The translations under genes and the position numbers were made by a program. The notes under the pieces are model-generated. The model saw only the letters and a program-made list of their open reading frames with translations. It did no database searches and was not told the origin of the DNA. From an uncultured cyanobacterium (GTDB lineage: Bacteria; Cyanobacteriota; Cyanobacteriia; Cyanobacteriales; CAWCAG01): a stretch of DNA of 64,000 nt. Numbering within the stretch: the stretch's first letter is position 1; the number at the start of each line of letters is the position of its first letter. The stretch is from contig CAWDOD010000002.1 in assembly GCA_963803805.1 (NCBI GenBank), positions 320,001 through 384,000 of the forward strand, in the 5' to 3' direction. Below are positions 20,748 through 30,776 of this stretch, one piece after another.

Positions 20748-23017
20748 ATGATTAAATGAATAGGTTCAATACTTAATTAAAGGAGAATACAAGGAAATCT
20801 GCAAACTATATGAGCAAGCTATTGAAAATGAACCTGAAGTTAAACCTAACTATTGGTATTTAGGTTTACTCCTGTTATTACAAGGACAAAGAAGCTGAAG
20901 CGCAAATGACCTGGCTTTTTGCTATGTCAGAAGGAGATACAAATCAAGTTGACTTATGGACAAGAGAATTAGTAGAAATTCTTAAAAAAGAAGCAATAAG
21001 ATTTGCAGAAAAGCAAGATTATCAAACTGCTTGGTTGATTAGGCAACATATTCAAGAAATTATCCCTAATGATGTTAACAATCTTTTAAACATAATCTAT
21101 CTTTCTATAAAAGCCAAGCTATTTACAGAAGAAGAACAAGATTTACCACAATTAGTAGAATTTCTGGAAGATAAATATTATTGTAGGGGCGAGGATTTCC
21201 TTACCCCTACAGAGATTATTATTTCCCAACAAGGGCATTCTGACGAACACAATAGGGAAATAGATACAAATCTTTTCTTAACTGTATTAGAGCAATTATT
21301 AGAGCGTCATCCGCTACATACTGATACTCTTAAGTTAGCTAAATATAGTCTCTTTATACGCAGATAGTTCTAAAGACAAGTTATCAAGAAGTTAAACGTA
21401 TCTTATTTAGTCAAACATCAAAAATTGTTACTAGTTTACCTGCCTAACAAAGCAGTTAAATTTGTAGAACTATGTAACCAACTGAACCAAATGAAATACC
21501 TGTTTTAGCAAATCTTAGCTAATCTTTATCAAGATGCAGGAGAATATTTAAAAGGAGTTAAATATGCTCAGGAAATGCTGGCTGCTGCTAAGTTACTAGA
21601 AGACAAGATTGCTGCCCATTATCTTCTTGTTAGAGGTTTAATGAAAGCAGGAGGTTATTGGCAAGAGGCACAAGAAACTTATGATAGGTTTAAAGGTTTA
21701 GTAGCAGAATTAATTTCTTACAATAGTCAAATCAGAGAAGACCATTTTATTAATTTGTTTGGTACAGTTTCTTTTTCCAGTTACTTCGCTGATGAACCGC
21801 AAGAAAATCATTCTTTACGCAACCAAGTTTCTGTTTACTGCCAAACGGGAATCCAAGCTTACTACAATTCCAAAAAAGAGCTTTTTTCTTTCAACTCTCC
21901 CCAACAAAACAAGAAAAGTCTTAAAATAGGTTACTTATCTGGTTGCTTACGCAGACATTCTGTAGGCTGGATATCTCGTTGGTTATTACAACATCATGAT
22001 AAAGAGAAGTTTGCTGTTTATGCCTATTCCCTTGATGCTAAAATTGATAATGTTCAAGCTGATATTACTCAATCAGTTGACTATTTACGAGACGTATCTA
22101 AACTAAAAACTGTTAAGGAAATAGCTGAACAAATCTACAAAGATAAGATTGATATTCTCATTGATCTTGATAGCTTAACTTCTAGCGGAGTTTGTGGTGT
22201 AGTGGCACTCAAACCTGCACCTATACAAGTAACTTGGTTAGGTACTGACGCTTCTGGCATCCCCGCCATAGACTATTTCATCGCTGATTCCTACGTCTTA
22301 CCCAAATCAGCCTCAGAATATTACACAGCCAAAATCTGGCGTTTACCTAACACTTATGTTGCTGTAGATGGGTTTGAAATTGGCGTACCTACCTTACGTC
22401 GAGATGAACTTGGTATTGCAGAAGATGCAGTAATTTATCTTAGCGCCCAAACCGGTTATAAACGCCATCCTCATACCGCAAGGCTGCAAATGAAGATTAT
22501 TAAGGAAGTGCCTAATAGTTACTTCTTAATTAAAGGTTTAGCCGATGAAGACTCAATTAAAAAGTTTTTTACGCAAATTGCCATAGAAGAAGGGGTAGAA
22601 GTAGAAAGGTTAAGATTTTTACCTAAAGTTGCCTCCGAAGAAATTCACCGGGCTAACTTAGGTATTGCCGATATAGTTTTAGATACCTATCCTTATAACG
22701 GGGCAACCACAACCTTAGAAACTCTTTGGATGGGTGTACCTTTAGTAACGAGAGTAGGAGAACAATTTGCTGCCCGTAATAGCTATACAATGCTGAAGAA
22801 TGTCGGTGTGGAAGCAGGAATTGCTTGGAGTGATCAAGAGTATGTAGAGTGGGGAATTCGTTTAGGGAAAGATGCAGCTTTACGCCAAGAAGTTGCTTGG
22901 CAGCTTAGGAAATCACGACAAATTTCACCTCTTTGGAATGCTAAACAATTTACTAAGGAAATGGAGAAAGCTTATGAACAAATATGGCAGAAGTATATTA
23001 GTAACCAAACAGTTTAA
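20748..23017 (+). CDS. TPR + GT41 O-linked N-acetylglucosamine transferase (SPINDLY-like); multiple frameshifts in the 5' third
   Basis: N-terminal fragments YEQAIENEP..YWYLGLLLLLQG.EAEAQMTW; C-terminal KIGYLS..LRRHSVG, KPAPIQVTWLG, DYFIAD, LDTYPYNGATTTLETLWMGVP. Confidence 0.85.
21182..21211. repeat. REP-like palindrome inside the GT41 coding region
   Basis: TGTAGGGG-N14-CCCCTACA, resembling cyanobacterial GTAG-family intergenic palindromes. Confidence 0.55.
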
Positions 23018-23204
23018 GCAAATGTAAAAGAGGAAAAAACCAAAATGAATACAGAAGGAGTAGGATTCTACTCTCAATTTACTAGAACAGTATCCTTCTT
23101 GGGAAAATGACTAACCTTCTCTTATGAATCTATTTATGCAATAGCTGAAAAGTAGCAACGATATAATAACTAGTGTTACCCAAACTCAAAAAAGAGAGGT
23201 CAAG

Positions 23205-23819
23205 ATGGTACAAACAGCCCCTATACCAGAAACAACAACCTTATCAATTGAGTTACCCAAGTCTATCACCTTATATGTAAATCAAGAACAGTTTACCGCC
23301 CTAGCAGCAGTTAACCGAGATGTGAGGCTGGAAAGAACTGCACAAGGAGAATTAATTGTGAATCCACCAACAGGCTGGGAAACTGGAAGACGCAATAGTA
23401 GCCTTACTGGGCAACTTGATCGCTGGCATGAAGAAAATGAAGATTTAGGGGAAGTATTTGACTCTTCAACTGCCTTTACTTTACCCAACGGTGCAATTCG
23501 TTCTCCCGATGCTTGTTGGGTTAGTCAAGAACGTTGGGATGCCCTTACTCCAGAACAAAAAGGAACTTTTGCTAATATTTGTCCCGACTTTGTAGTAGAA
23601 TTGCGTTCTAGTTCAGATACCCTCAAATCCCTACAAGAGAAAATGAGAGAGTATCTTGAGAATGGGGCAATACTTGGTTGGTTAATCGATCCAAAGCATC
23701 GCCGAGTGGAAATTTATCGATTAGGGTTAGGGGTGGAAACTCTGGAAAATCCTGCCGGGTTGTCTGGGGAAGAAATGTTACCCGGTTTTACTTTAGATTT
23801 GCGTCGGCTATGGGATTAA
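23205..23819 (+). CDS. Uma2 family (DUF820) PD-(D/E)XK endonuclease-like protein, copy 1
   Basis: LERTAQGELIV, FDSST.F.LPNGAIRSPDA, CPDFVVELRS, LGWLIDP. Confidence 0.93.
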   Translation: MVQTAPIPETTTLSIELPKSITLYVNQEQFTALAAVNRDVRLERTAQGELIVNPPTGWETGRRNSSLTGQLDRWHEENEDLGEVFDSSTAFTLPNGAIRSPDACWVSQERWDALTPEQKGTFANICPDFVVELRSSSDTLKSLQEKMREYLENGAILGWLIDPKHRRVEIYRLGLGVETLENPAGLSGEEMLPGFTLDLRRLWD

Positions 23820-23872
23820 GAAACTAATTAACGTTCTAGATTGATTAAATGAGATTAAAAGAAGAGGGCAAA

Positions 23873-24487
23873 ATGGTACAAACGCCTCCTAAACTCGAAA
23901 CAGAAACATTATTAATTGAGTTACCCAAGTCTATCACCTTATATGTAAATCAAGAACAGTTTACCGCCCTAACAGCAGTTAACCGAGATGTGAGGCTGGA
24001 AAGAACTGCACAAGGAGAATTAATTGTGAATCCACCAACAGGCTGGGAAACTGGAGAACGTAATTGCAGTATTTCCGCAGAGTTGTACATTGGGTGGCGT
24101 AATGCGGGGGAACCAGGTAAAGTTTTTGACTCTTCCACAGGCTTTATTTTACCAAATGGTGCAATTCGTTCTCCCGATGCTTGTTGGGTTAGTCAGGAAC
24201 GTTGGGATGCCCTTACTTCAGAACAAAAAGGAACTTTTGCTAATATTTGTCCCGACTTTGTAGTAGAATTGCGTTCTAGTTCAGATACCCTCAAATCCCT
24301 ACAAGAGAAAATGAGAGAGTATCTTGAGAATGGGGCAATACTTGGTTGGTTAATCGATCCAAAGCATCGTCGGGTAGAAATTTATCGATTAGGGTTAGGG
24401 GTGGAAACTCTGGAAAATCCTGCCGGGTTGTCTGGGGAAGAAATGTTACCCGGTTTTACTTTAGATTTGCGCCGAGTATGGGATTAA
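23873..24487 (+). CDS. Uma2 family endonuclease-like protein, copy 2 (tandem duplicate, offset 668 bp)
   Basis: Near-identical to copy 1 except the extreme N-terminus and one central segment. Confidence 0.93.
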   Translation: MVQTPPKLETETLLIELPKSITLYVNQEQFTALTAVNRDVRLERTAQGELIVNPPTGWETGERNCSISAELYIGWRNAGEPGKVFDSSTGFILPNGAIRSPDACWVSQERWDALTSEQKGTFANICPDFVVELRSSSDTLKSLQEKMREYLENGAILGWLIDPKHRRVEIYRLGLGVETLENPAGLSGEEMLPGFTLDLRRVWD

Positions 24488-24515
24488 GAAACTAACCAGT
24501 CTCTCTCCTCGTCTT

Positions 24516-25244
24516 TTGCTAATACCCGACACCGAAATTAGCGCCGTACTCCCTATGTCTGTTATTCTTCTCCAACAATTAGTTAAATCTGCTCTTCCGG
24601 TAATACTTTTTAGTACCTTTGTAACTGGATCTGTATTGTCGGCAACTGCTGCGATCGCCCAAATTCCCAATCTTGAAGAGAACGAAAGTACTTTACCTTT
24701 TAATAATTCTGAAAATTTAGTTATTCCTTCTGGTAGGGAAATTTTAGTTAACTACAAAGGGGCGGATAAGCTTTTAGTAACCAAGGATGAAACTATGGCT
24801 TTAACCTTGACTGTCGCCGTAGATGTTCAGGATAGTCAAGGCAAATTGGTTATTCCCAAAGGAAGTCGAATTTTGGGGCAACTTCAGCCTGTGAATAATG
24901 GTATGCAATTTTTGGCCCAGGAATTAGTTATTCAAGAAGAGCAACGCTATAGTTTAGAAGCCACTTCTGGTATTGTTACTCGCAGCGAAACTTTAGAAAA
25001 AGATAGCCAGTCTGGGGAAAAGCTGAAAAATACGGTTGTTAGCGTGGCAGTTGGGGCTTTAACAGAAGTAATAAATGGTGGTAGCCCTGAAATTCCTACA
25101 GAACTTTTGGGTGGTACTTTTATTGAAGTTATGAATGAATTACTTCTTGGTAAAAAAGAGGTAGAAATGATTGCTATTTATCCTAACAGCGACTTGCATT
25201 TAACTTTGCTTACAGATTTCTCAGCCAGACAAGATCGGAATTAG
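24516..25244 (+). CDS. Secreted hypothetical protein (start probably 24555)
   Basis: Signal peptide ending AIA|Q; IPSG/IPKGS beta-rich pattern seen in cyanobacterial exported proteins. Confidence 0.7.
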   Translation: MLIPDTEISAVLPMSVILLQQLVKSALPVILFSTFVTGSVLSATAAIAQIPNLEENESTLPFNNSENLVIPSGREILVNYKGADKLLVTKDETMALTLTVAVDVQDSQGKLVIPKGSRILGQLQPVNNGMQFLAQELVIQEEQRYSLEATSGIVTRSETLEKDSQSGEKLKNTVVSVAVGALTEVINGGSPEIPTELLGGTFIEVMNELLLGKKEVEMIAIYPNSDLHLTLLTDFSARQDRN

Positions 25245-25518
25245 GTTTGATGGGGAGATAGGGAGATGGGGGAGGGTTTTACGGCTTATTTCCTAGTTGA
25301 GTAATACACAGTTTAAATGCACATCAGCTTACTAACTATGTAAATAGTTTAGCTAAGCTAAGACGCATTCATATTGCATTAATAGCGTTACCTTTATTTT
25401 TGAGCTTCTTACTTCAATTGATTACTAACTCTCCTTCATTTACTTTTGACTTTACGCTGTTCTTTTCCTAAGAAAAAAATCATCTAATCCCCCCATTTAT
25501 AGAAGGGATTAGATGATT

Positions 25519-26406
25519 TTAAATCTCAGCCCAAGCCCTTTCTATTAAACGCCTAGCTAAAGTTTGAGTTCCTGTATGTTCGTAGTAGTTAGTTGCCATA
25601 TCAATAAAAGCCGCTACATAATCTAACTTACTATCGGATACCTCAGCAAAGCCGCTAATTTTATCCATAACTTTGCTTTGGGTTGCACCGCTAGAAGTAA
25701 CAAAACCACTCATCCAACCCTTAACAGAGTCGAAACTTCTACCAATAAAATCAAGTTTGCTATCATTACTTTGCCCAGGAATTGAATCTTTAATACTGCT
25801 GAAAGTATCATTTTTCTCTAACTCTTTGGGGCTAAGTTTGTTTAAGGCAGCTTGGGTTTGCATGATAAAATCTGGCCCTAAAGGAATTAAACCATCTAAA
25901 CAAACCAATGCCGCCATACGCATCAAAGACTCCCCGCTATATTCCCCTAGGGAGGCTACAAAATCGCCAATACTATCTCCAGGAATGCCGTTTATTTGGC
26001 AAAAAGCCACCAATTCCACCACTAACTTAAGACTCAAATCAATAGTTTGGGCCTTATCAGCTTTGGGAGTTATTTTACTTAATAAACCCAAAAGTTTGAT
26101 CTTTTCTCCCACTTTATTAGCTAAAGCGGCTGTAGCCAAAGCTTTATCAGTTCGATCCACTGTTTGGTATAACCATAATGCCCTCTGATAACCTTGGGAC
26201 TTATCGTTGTACAACCAAACGGCGCGATCGCCTATTTGTTGAACCATATCTTCATCGGTTTCCCCAGTTATCTTGTGGATAGTATTCTCAAAACCGACGA
26301 TATTTTCCCACTTACCAGGAACAAATATATCCAATGACTTCAAAGCTTTAACGGTCAATCCCCCTTGAGGAAGATCATCAACCAACTCAAAAATAGGCTT
26401 ACTCAC
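25519..26406 (-). CDS. Conserved hypothetical protein
   Basis: 295-aa ORF co-oriented with the upstream lipoprotein; followed by a hairpin at ~25478-25518. Confidence 0.8.
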   Translation of the reverse strand: MSKPIFELVDDLPQGGLTVKALKSLDIFVPGKWENIVGFENTIHKITGETDEDMVQQIGDRAVWLYNDKSQGYQRALWLYQTVDRTDKALATAALANKVGEKIKLLGLLSKITPKADKAQTIDLSLKLVVELVAFCQINGIPGDSIGDFVASLGEYSGESLMRMAALVCLDGLIPLGPDFIMQTQAALNKLSPKELEKNDTFSSIKDSIPGQSNDSKLDFIGRSFDSVKGWMSGFVTSSGATQSKVMDKISGFAEVSDSKLDYVAAFIDMATNYYEHTGTQTLARRLIERAWAEI

Positions 26407-26450
26407 AATTTTCTCTCCACTTAATTACTTATTACTTAATTGCTGATTAC

Positions 26451-26978
26451 TTACTGCAACCGTGCTAACCCATTAAGATCAAACTTGCTTAACCAATCAG
26501 CGCGATCACTGGCAGTAAAAGCAGGATTTTTCGAGAGAACTTTGACTTGAAAACGGTCATCTACTAAGAGTGCAGTTCCTGTGCTACCTTGGTTTACCAT
26601 TGGATAACCAGAAATTTTATCTTTGCTCTGTTGAAATTTAACTGCTGCGGTGGGATTACTAGAAGTATCTGATACACTCAGCAAGGCTACCTCTTGACCA
26701 TTTTGTTTCAATTTAGCTTGGGCAAAACCTTTTTTCTCTTGGGTATAAACCAAGTTATAATTTCCGCCAGTTTTTGGGAAAAACTTATTGAAATCCCCTC
26801 CAGTTTGGGCATCTTTAGATACTGCTGTAGCCCCTCTTTGGGTGCTTTCCTGTTGTGCTTGGTCAAAACGTGAAGTTTCTTCGGGGGCGCAAGCAGTTGT
26901 TACTAGTAATAAAGTTACTAATAGACAAGAAGCTAGGATCTTTTTCCAGCGTGAGATAATCATTAAACTTATCCTCAT
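26451..26978 (-). CDS. Hypothetical lipoprotein
   Basis: Lipobox LLVTTA|C followed by SRFDQAQQES. Confidence 0.8.
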   Translation of the reverse strand: MRISLMIISRWKKILASCLLVTLLLVTTACAPEETSRFDQAQQESTQRGATAVSKDAQTGGDFNKFFPKTGGNYNLVYTQEKKGFAQAKLKQNGQEVALLSVSDTSSNPTAAVKFQQSKDKISGYPMVNQGSTGTALLVDDRFQVKVLSKNPAFTASDRADWLSKFDLNGLARLQ

Positions 26979-27196
26979 TTATTGAGCCTGTGTTTACAAG
27001 TCTTACCTACTATAGAGGCACTTCTGTTATTCCTTCAGCAGGATTGTCTAGTAAAGAAGTTAATCTATACCAAGATAGTTGCAGAAATATTCCCTTTTTG
27101 CCCATAGCCAATACTTTATTTTTTATTCTTTGTTATGAAGATTAAAGATAAAGTTAAATTTTTTCAATCCCTCTTTTGTGCTTGTTTCGATTAACC

Positions 27197-28420
27197 ATGC
27201 GAATCTTAATTTACTCTTACAATTACTTCCCTGAACCTATTGGTATTGCTCCTCTGATGACGGAATTAGCGGAAGGTTTGGCAGCAAGGGGTCATGAAGT
27301 CAGGGTTGTTACGGCTATGCCTTGGTATCCTAAAAGCGAGATTTACGAGGAATATAAAGGAAAATTATATCTTACTGAAGAGCGCAATGGCGTAAAAATT
27401 CAACGTTGTTACGTTCGTTCTAGCTCTAAACGTAGTTTTGCTAATCGTGCTTTATTTGAAGCTAGCTTTGTCTTACTAAGCTTTTTTAAAGCCCTCCAAG
27501 GTTGGCGGCCTGATGTGCTTCTGTTAACCATACCTGGTTTACCTGTGGGAGTTCCTGCGGCAGCTTTAGGCTGGTTGTATCGTTGCCCAGTAGTCTTAAA
27601 CCTACAAGATATTTTACCAGATGCTGCTGTTCATGTCGGCTTACTTACCAATGAAAAACTTATTAATATTTTTACCCAGTTAGAAAAATTTGCTTACCGC
27701 ACCGCTACGAAAATAACCGTCATTTCTAATGGTTTTATTGATAATTTAACGGCAAAAAAGGTTGACAGGGAAAAAATCAAACTAATTCCTAATTGGGTCA
27801 ATGTAGATTTTATTAAACCTTTACCCAAAGAAGATAATTATTTCCGCCGGGATAATAATTTAGCAGGTAAGTTTGTTGTTCTCTATTCTGGTAATATTGC
27901 CCTCACCCAAGGTTTAGAAACTGTTATAGAGTCTGCAACTTACCTCAAACAGCTTCAGGACATTGTTATTGTTATTGTTGGGGAAGAAAAAGCCTTAGAA
28001 AGATTGCGTCAATATTGTCAAAAGTTAGGGGTAGATAATGTTTTACTCTTACCTTTTCAACCAAGGGAAAAACTACCAGAAATGCTCTCAGCAGCAGATA
28101 TTGGCTTGGTTGTACAAAAGAGTAACGTTATTTCTTTTAATATGCCCTCTAAAATCCAAGTTCTCTTAGCTAGTGGTAGGGCGATTATCGCTTCTGTACC
28201 TGCTACAGGAACTGCGGCTAAAGCTATTGAAGCTAGTGGTGGTGGGCTAATTGTTCCCCCGGAAGATCCCGAAGCCTTAGCTGGGGCGATTAAAGATTTA
28301 TATTCCGAACCAAGTAAAATTGTTTCCTTGGGGCAAAATAGCCGTCAACACGCTATCGATAACTACTCATTTACTAGCGCCTTAGACCGTTACGAAGAAC
28401 TTTTTGCTACTTTAACTTAA
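27197..28420 (+). CDS. GT4 glycosyltransferase, WcaI-like
   Basis: MRILIYSYNYFPEPIGIAP, YSGNI..TQGLE, MPSK motifs. Confidence 0.9.
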   Translation: MRILIYSYNYFPEPIGIAPLMTELAEGLAARGHEVRVVTAMPWYPKSEIYEEYKGKLYLTEERNGVKIQRCYVRSSSKRSFANRALFEASFVLLSFFKALQGWRPDVLLLTIPGLPVGVPAAALGWLYRCPVVLNLQDILPDAAVHVGLLTNEKLINIFTQLEKFAYRTATKITVISNGFIDNLTAKKVDREKIKLIPNWVNVDFIKPLPKEDNYFRRDNNLAGKFVVLYSGNIALTQGLETVIESATYLKQLQDIVIVIVGEEKALERLRQYCQKLGVDNVLLLPFQPREKLPEMLSAADIGLVVQKSNVISFNMPSKIQVLLASGRAIIASVPATGTAAKAIEASGGGLIVPPEDPEALAGAIKDLYSEPSKIVSLGQNSRQHAIDNYSFTSALDRYEELFATLT

Positions 28421-28446
28421 GAGCTAAAATAAAAGAAATATCTTAA

Positions 28447-28474
28447 TAGAGACGTTGATATATAACGCCTCTAC
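28447..28474. repeat. GTAGAGAC-family short palindrome (related copies at ~11705-11730 and ~16632-16707)
   Basis: TAGAGACGTT...AACGCCTCTA; also TAGAGATGT...ACATCTCTA and GACGACCCA...TGGGTCGTCTCTAC downstream of genes. Confidence 0.55.
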
Positions 28475-28645
28475 TTCGTTCTTGGCACAAAATTGAGAAG
28501 CTTTATTACCTGTAATACTTCATTAGTATTACAATCATGTTAAAGCTCTCATTCTTCCCCCAATCCCAACCCCCTGTAAAGTCCTATTTTTGAACGTTGA
28601 ATTCACCCTACTTAATACCATTCACATAAGGAACTAAAAAACTTA

Positions 28646-29062
28646 ATGTCAGATAACCAATACAATCTTCATCATGGGTCTACTATAACTACATCAGAAA
28701 TAACATCAACCGAAGATAGTCGAAGCTTGGCTTTAAGTATTGCTGAAGCCGCAGATGATCGCAAAGCAGAGGATATTATTCTTTTAGGAGTAGCTGATGT
28801 TTCTTATCTAAGCGATTATTTTGTCATTGTTACAGGTTTTTCCCCAGCACAATTAAGGGCAATTTCTGAATCTATTCAAGAAAGGGTAGAACAGGAGTGG
28901 CAAAGGCAGCCTATCCGTACCGAAGGCAAAGCTGAAGGAAGTTGGATTCTTCATGACTATGGCGATGTTATTGTACACATCTTTTTACCCCAAGAAAGAG
29001 AATTTTATAACCTAGAAGCATTTTGGGGTCATGCTGAACGCATTGATTATTCAACAAAGTAG
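28646..29062 (+). CDS. rsfS: Ribosome silencing factor
   Basis: DDRKAEDI, DYFVIVTG, WILHDYGDVIVHIF, REFYNLEAFW. Confidence 0.95.
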   Translation: MSDNQYNLHHGSTITTSEITSTEDSRSLALSIAEAADDRKAEDIILLGVADVSYLSDYFVIVTGFSPAQLRAISESIQERVEQEWQRQPIRTEGKAEGSWILHDYGDVIVHIFLPQEREFYNLEAFWGHAERIDYSTK

Positions 29063-29075
29063 TAATAACTTAGTT

Positions 29076-29579
29076 ATGAGGGAATCTCCCGTTTCTGTGT
29101 CTCCTGTACCGACAGAACAGCAACCTCTCAATGAATACGAACAACTAAAAGAGGGTTGGTTTTTTAATTGGGCAACCTTAAGCCCTTGGCAGTATGGCAA
29201 GAAATTGGCTTGGGTTGGTTTCTGGGGTTGGTTATTATCGGCCCCTTTAGTTGCTGCAAGTTTTTCTCCTCGTCAATATCCTTGGCAATTTGGGCTTTGG
29301 GCTACTGGTGGAGGGCTATTTTTAGTAACCTTAATTGTCATACGGCTTTATTTAGGTTGGTCTTATGTACGGAATCGCTTAACTCAAGAAACAATCTTCT
29401 ATGAAGAATCTGGTTGGTACGACGGGCAAAAGTGGCGAAAACCTCCAGAAGTTCTTGCTCGCGATCGCCTCGTAGCTTCCTATCAAATTGAGCCTATCTT
29501 AAACCGCATCCAAATCACCTTAGCTATCCTAGCTGCCCTAGCAGGCTTGGGTAGTTTTATTTGTTTCCTTTTCACCTAA
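29076..29579 (+). CDS. CGLD27/Ycf36 (DUF1230) membrane protein
   Basis: PVPTEQQPLNEY, RLYLGWSYV..RL, YEESGWYDGQ.W.KP. Confidence 0.9.
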   Translation: MRESPVSVSPVPTEQQPLNEYEQLKEGWFFNWATLSPWQYGKKLAWVGFWGWLLSAPLVAASFSPRQYPWQFGLWATGGGLFLVTLIVIRLYLGWSYVRNRLTQETIFYEESGWYDGQKWRKPPEVLARDRLVASYQIEPILNRIQITLAILAALAGLGSFICFLFT

Positions 29580-29638
29580 AATCTAGTTATCGTTTGACCA
29601 ACGACGGATGATTAATAACCAATGACGAACAACTAATA

Positions 29639-30592
29639 ATGACTAGGGCAAAAAGAACCAAAACTAATGCTATAGAAGTTCATTTACTTCGAGAAGGCAT
29701 TACTGAATCAATTCATCAAGTTCAAGCGGCAGTTTGTGATGATCGAGGCAGAATCTTATCGGTATCAGGTAGCTACGAAACCTCAGCTTTTATTCGTTCT
29801 GCCCTTAAGCCTTTCCAAGCCCTAGCTATTACCAGTAGCGGTATCCTCGAACGCCACGGTTTGACGGACAAAGATTTAGCAATCATTTGTAGTTCCCATC
29901 AAGGTACTGTAGAACAAACCAGACAAGTTTTCAATATTCTTTGGCGTTGTGATATTGACCCTTCAGTTTTGCAATGTCCTATCCCTCAAGGTAAGCAGAG
30001 TCCTTTAGAACACAACTGTTCCGGAAAACACGCTGCCATGTTAGCTGTTTGTCAGCAACAAAATTGGTCGCTCAATAATTATTTAAAGCCTGCCCATCCC
30101 GTACAGCAACTGATTCTTCGCAAAGTTGCAGAATTGTTAGCTATGCCAGGAGATGAATTTATTAGCGCCCGTGATGATTGTGGCGCACCTACCTATTCTA
30201 TGCAGTTAGGTCAAATGGCAGGTTTGTATGGCAAGTTAGCTTCGGGAGAGAATCTTTCTTTAGAACGGGTTGTCCGGGCTATGACCTATTATCCAACCAT
30301 GATTGCTGGGGGAGGGGCGTTTGATACAGAATTGATGGGCTTAACCGAAGGAGAACTTGTTAGTAAGTCGGGGGCTGAAGGGATTCAATGTCTTGGTCGT
30401 ATTGGTGAAGGTATGGGCTTAGCTATTAAGGTTATGGATGGGGCTAAACGGGCTAAGTATGCCACAGCGATACATTTATTGCGACAACTGGGTTGGATTA
30501 GTCCTGCGGTAGCAGAAACCCTGGCAGAGAAGTTTATTAATTTGGATGAGTATAAGCGTTTGGAGGTAATTGGAGAACTAACCATGCTTTAG
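29639..30592 (+). CDS. Asparaginase II family protein
   Basis: RSALKPFQA, CSSH, HNCSGKH, DDCGAP, SKSGAEG. Confidence 0.9.
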   Translation: MTRAKRTKTNAIEVHLLREGITESIHQVQAAVCDDRGRILSVSGSYETSAFIRSALKPFQALAITSSGILERHGLTDKDLAIICSSHQGTVEQTRQVFNILWRCDIDPSVLQCPIPQGKQSPLEHNCSGKHAAMLAVCQQQNWSLNNYLKPAHPVQQLILRKVAELLAMPGDEFISARDDCGAPTYSMQLGQMAGLYGKLASGENLSLERVVRAMTYYPTMIAGGGAFDTELMGLTEGELVSKSGAEGIQCLGRIGEGMGLAIKVMDGAKRAKYATAIHLLRQLGWISPAVAETLAEKFINLDEYKRLEVIGELTML

Positions 30593-30600
30593 TTTGAGAA

Positions 30601-30639
30601 AAAAAGACCCTACACTTTTTAGGAGTGTAGGGTCTTTTT
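30601..30639. terminator. Bidirectional intrinsic terminator
   Basis: AAAAAGACCCTACAC...GTGTAGGGTCTTTTT between the converging asparaginase gene and tRNA. Confidence 0.85.
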
Positions 30640-30648
30640 GTTTTTATT

Positions 30649-30725
<77 letters not shown>

Positions 30726-30776
30726 TCGCCTTAACTAGTATAGACGCAAAGTGTTCTAGTTGACAACTTTTATTTA

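Noticed and set aside
23205-24487. Uma2 pair as a diversity-generating retroelement (TR/VR)
   Set aside because: No reverse transcriptase in the window; the differences are not adenine-specific and both copies are full ORFs.
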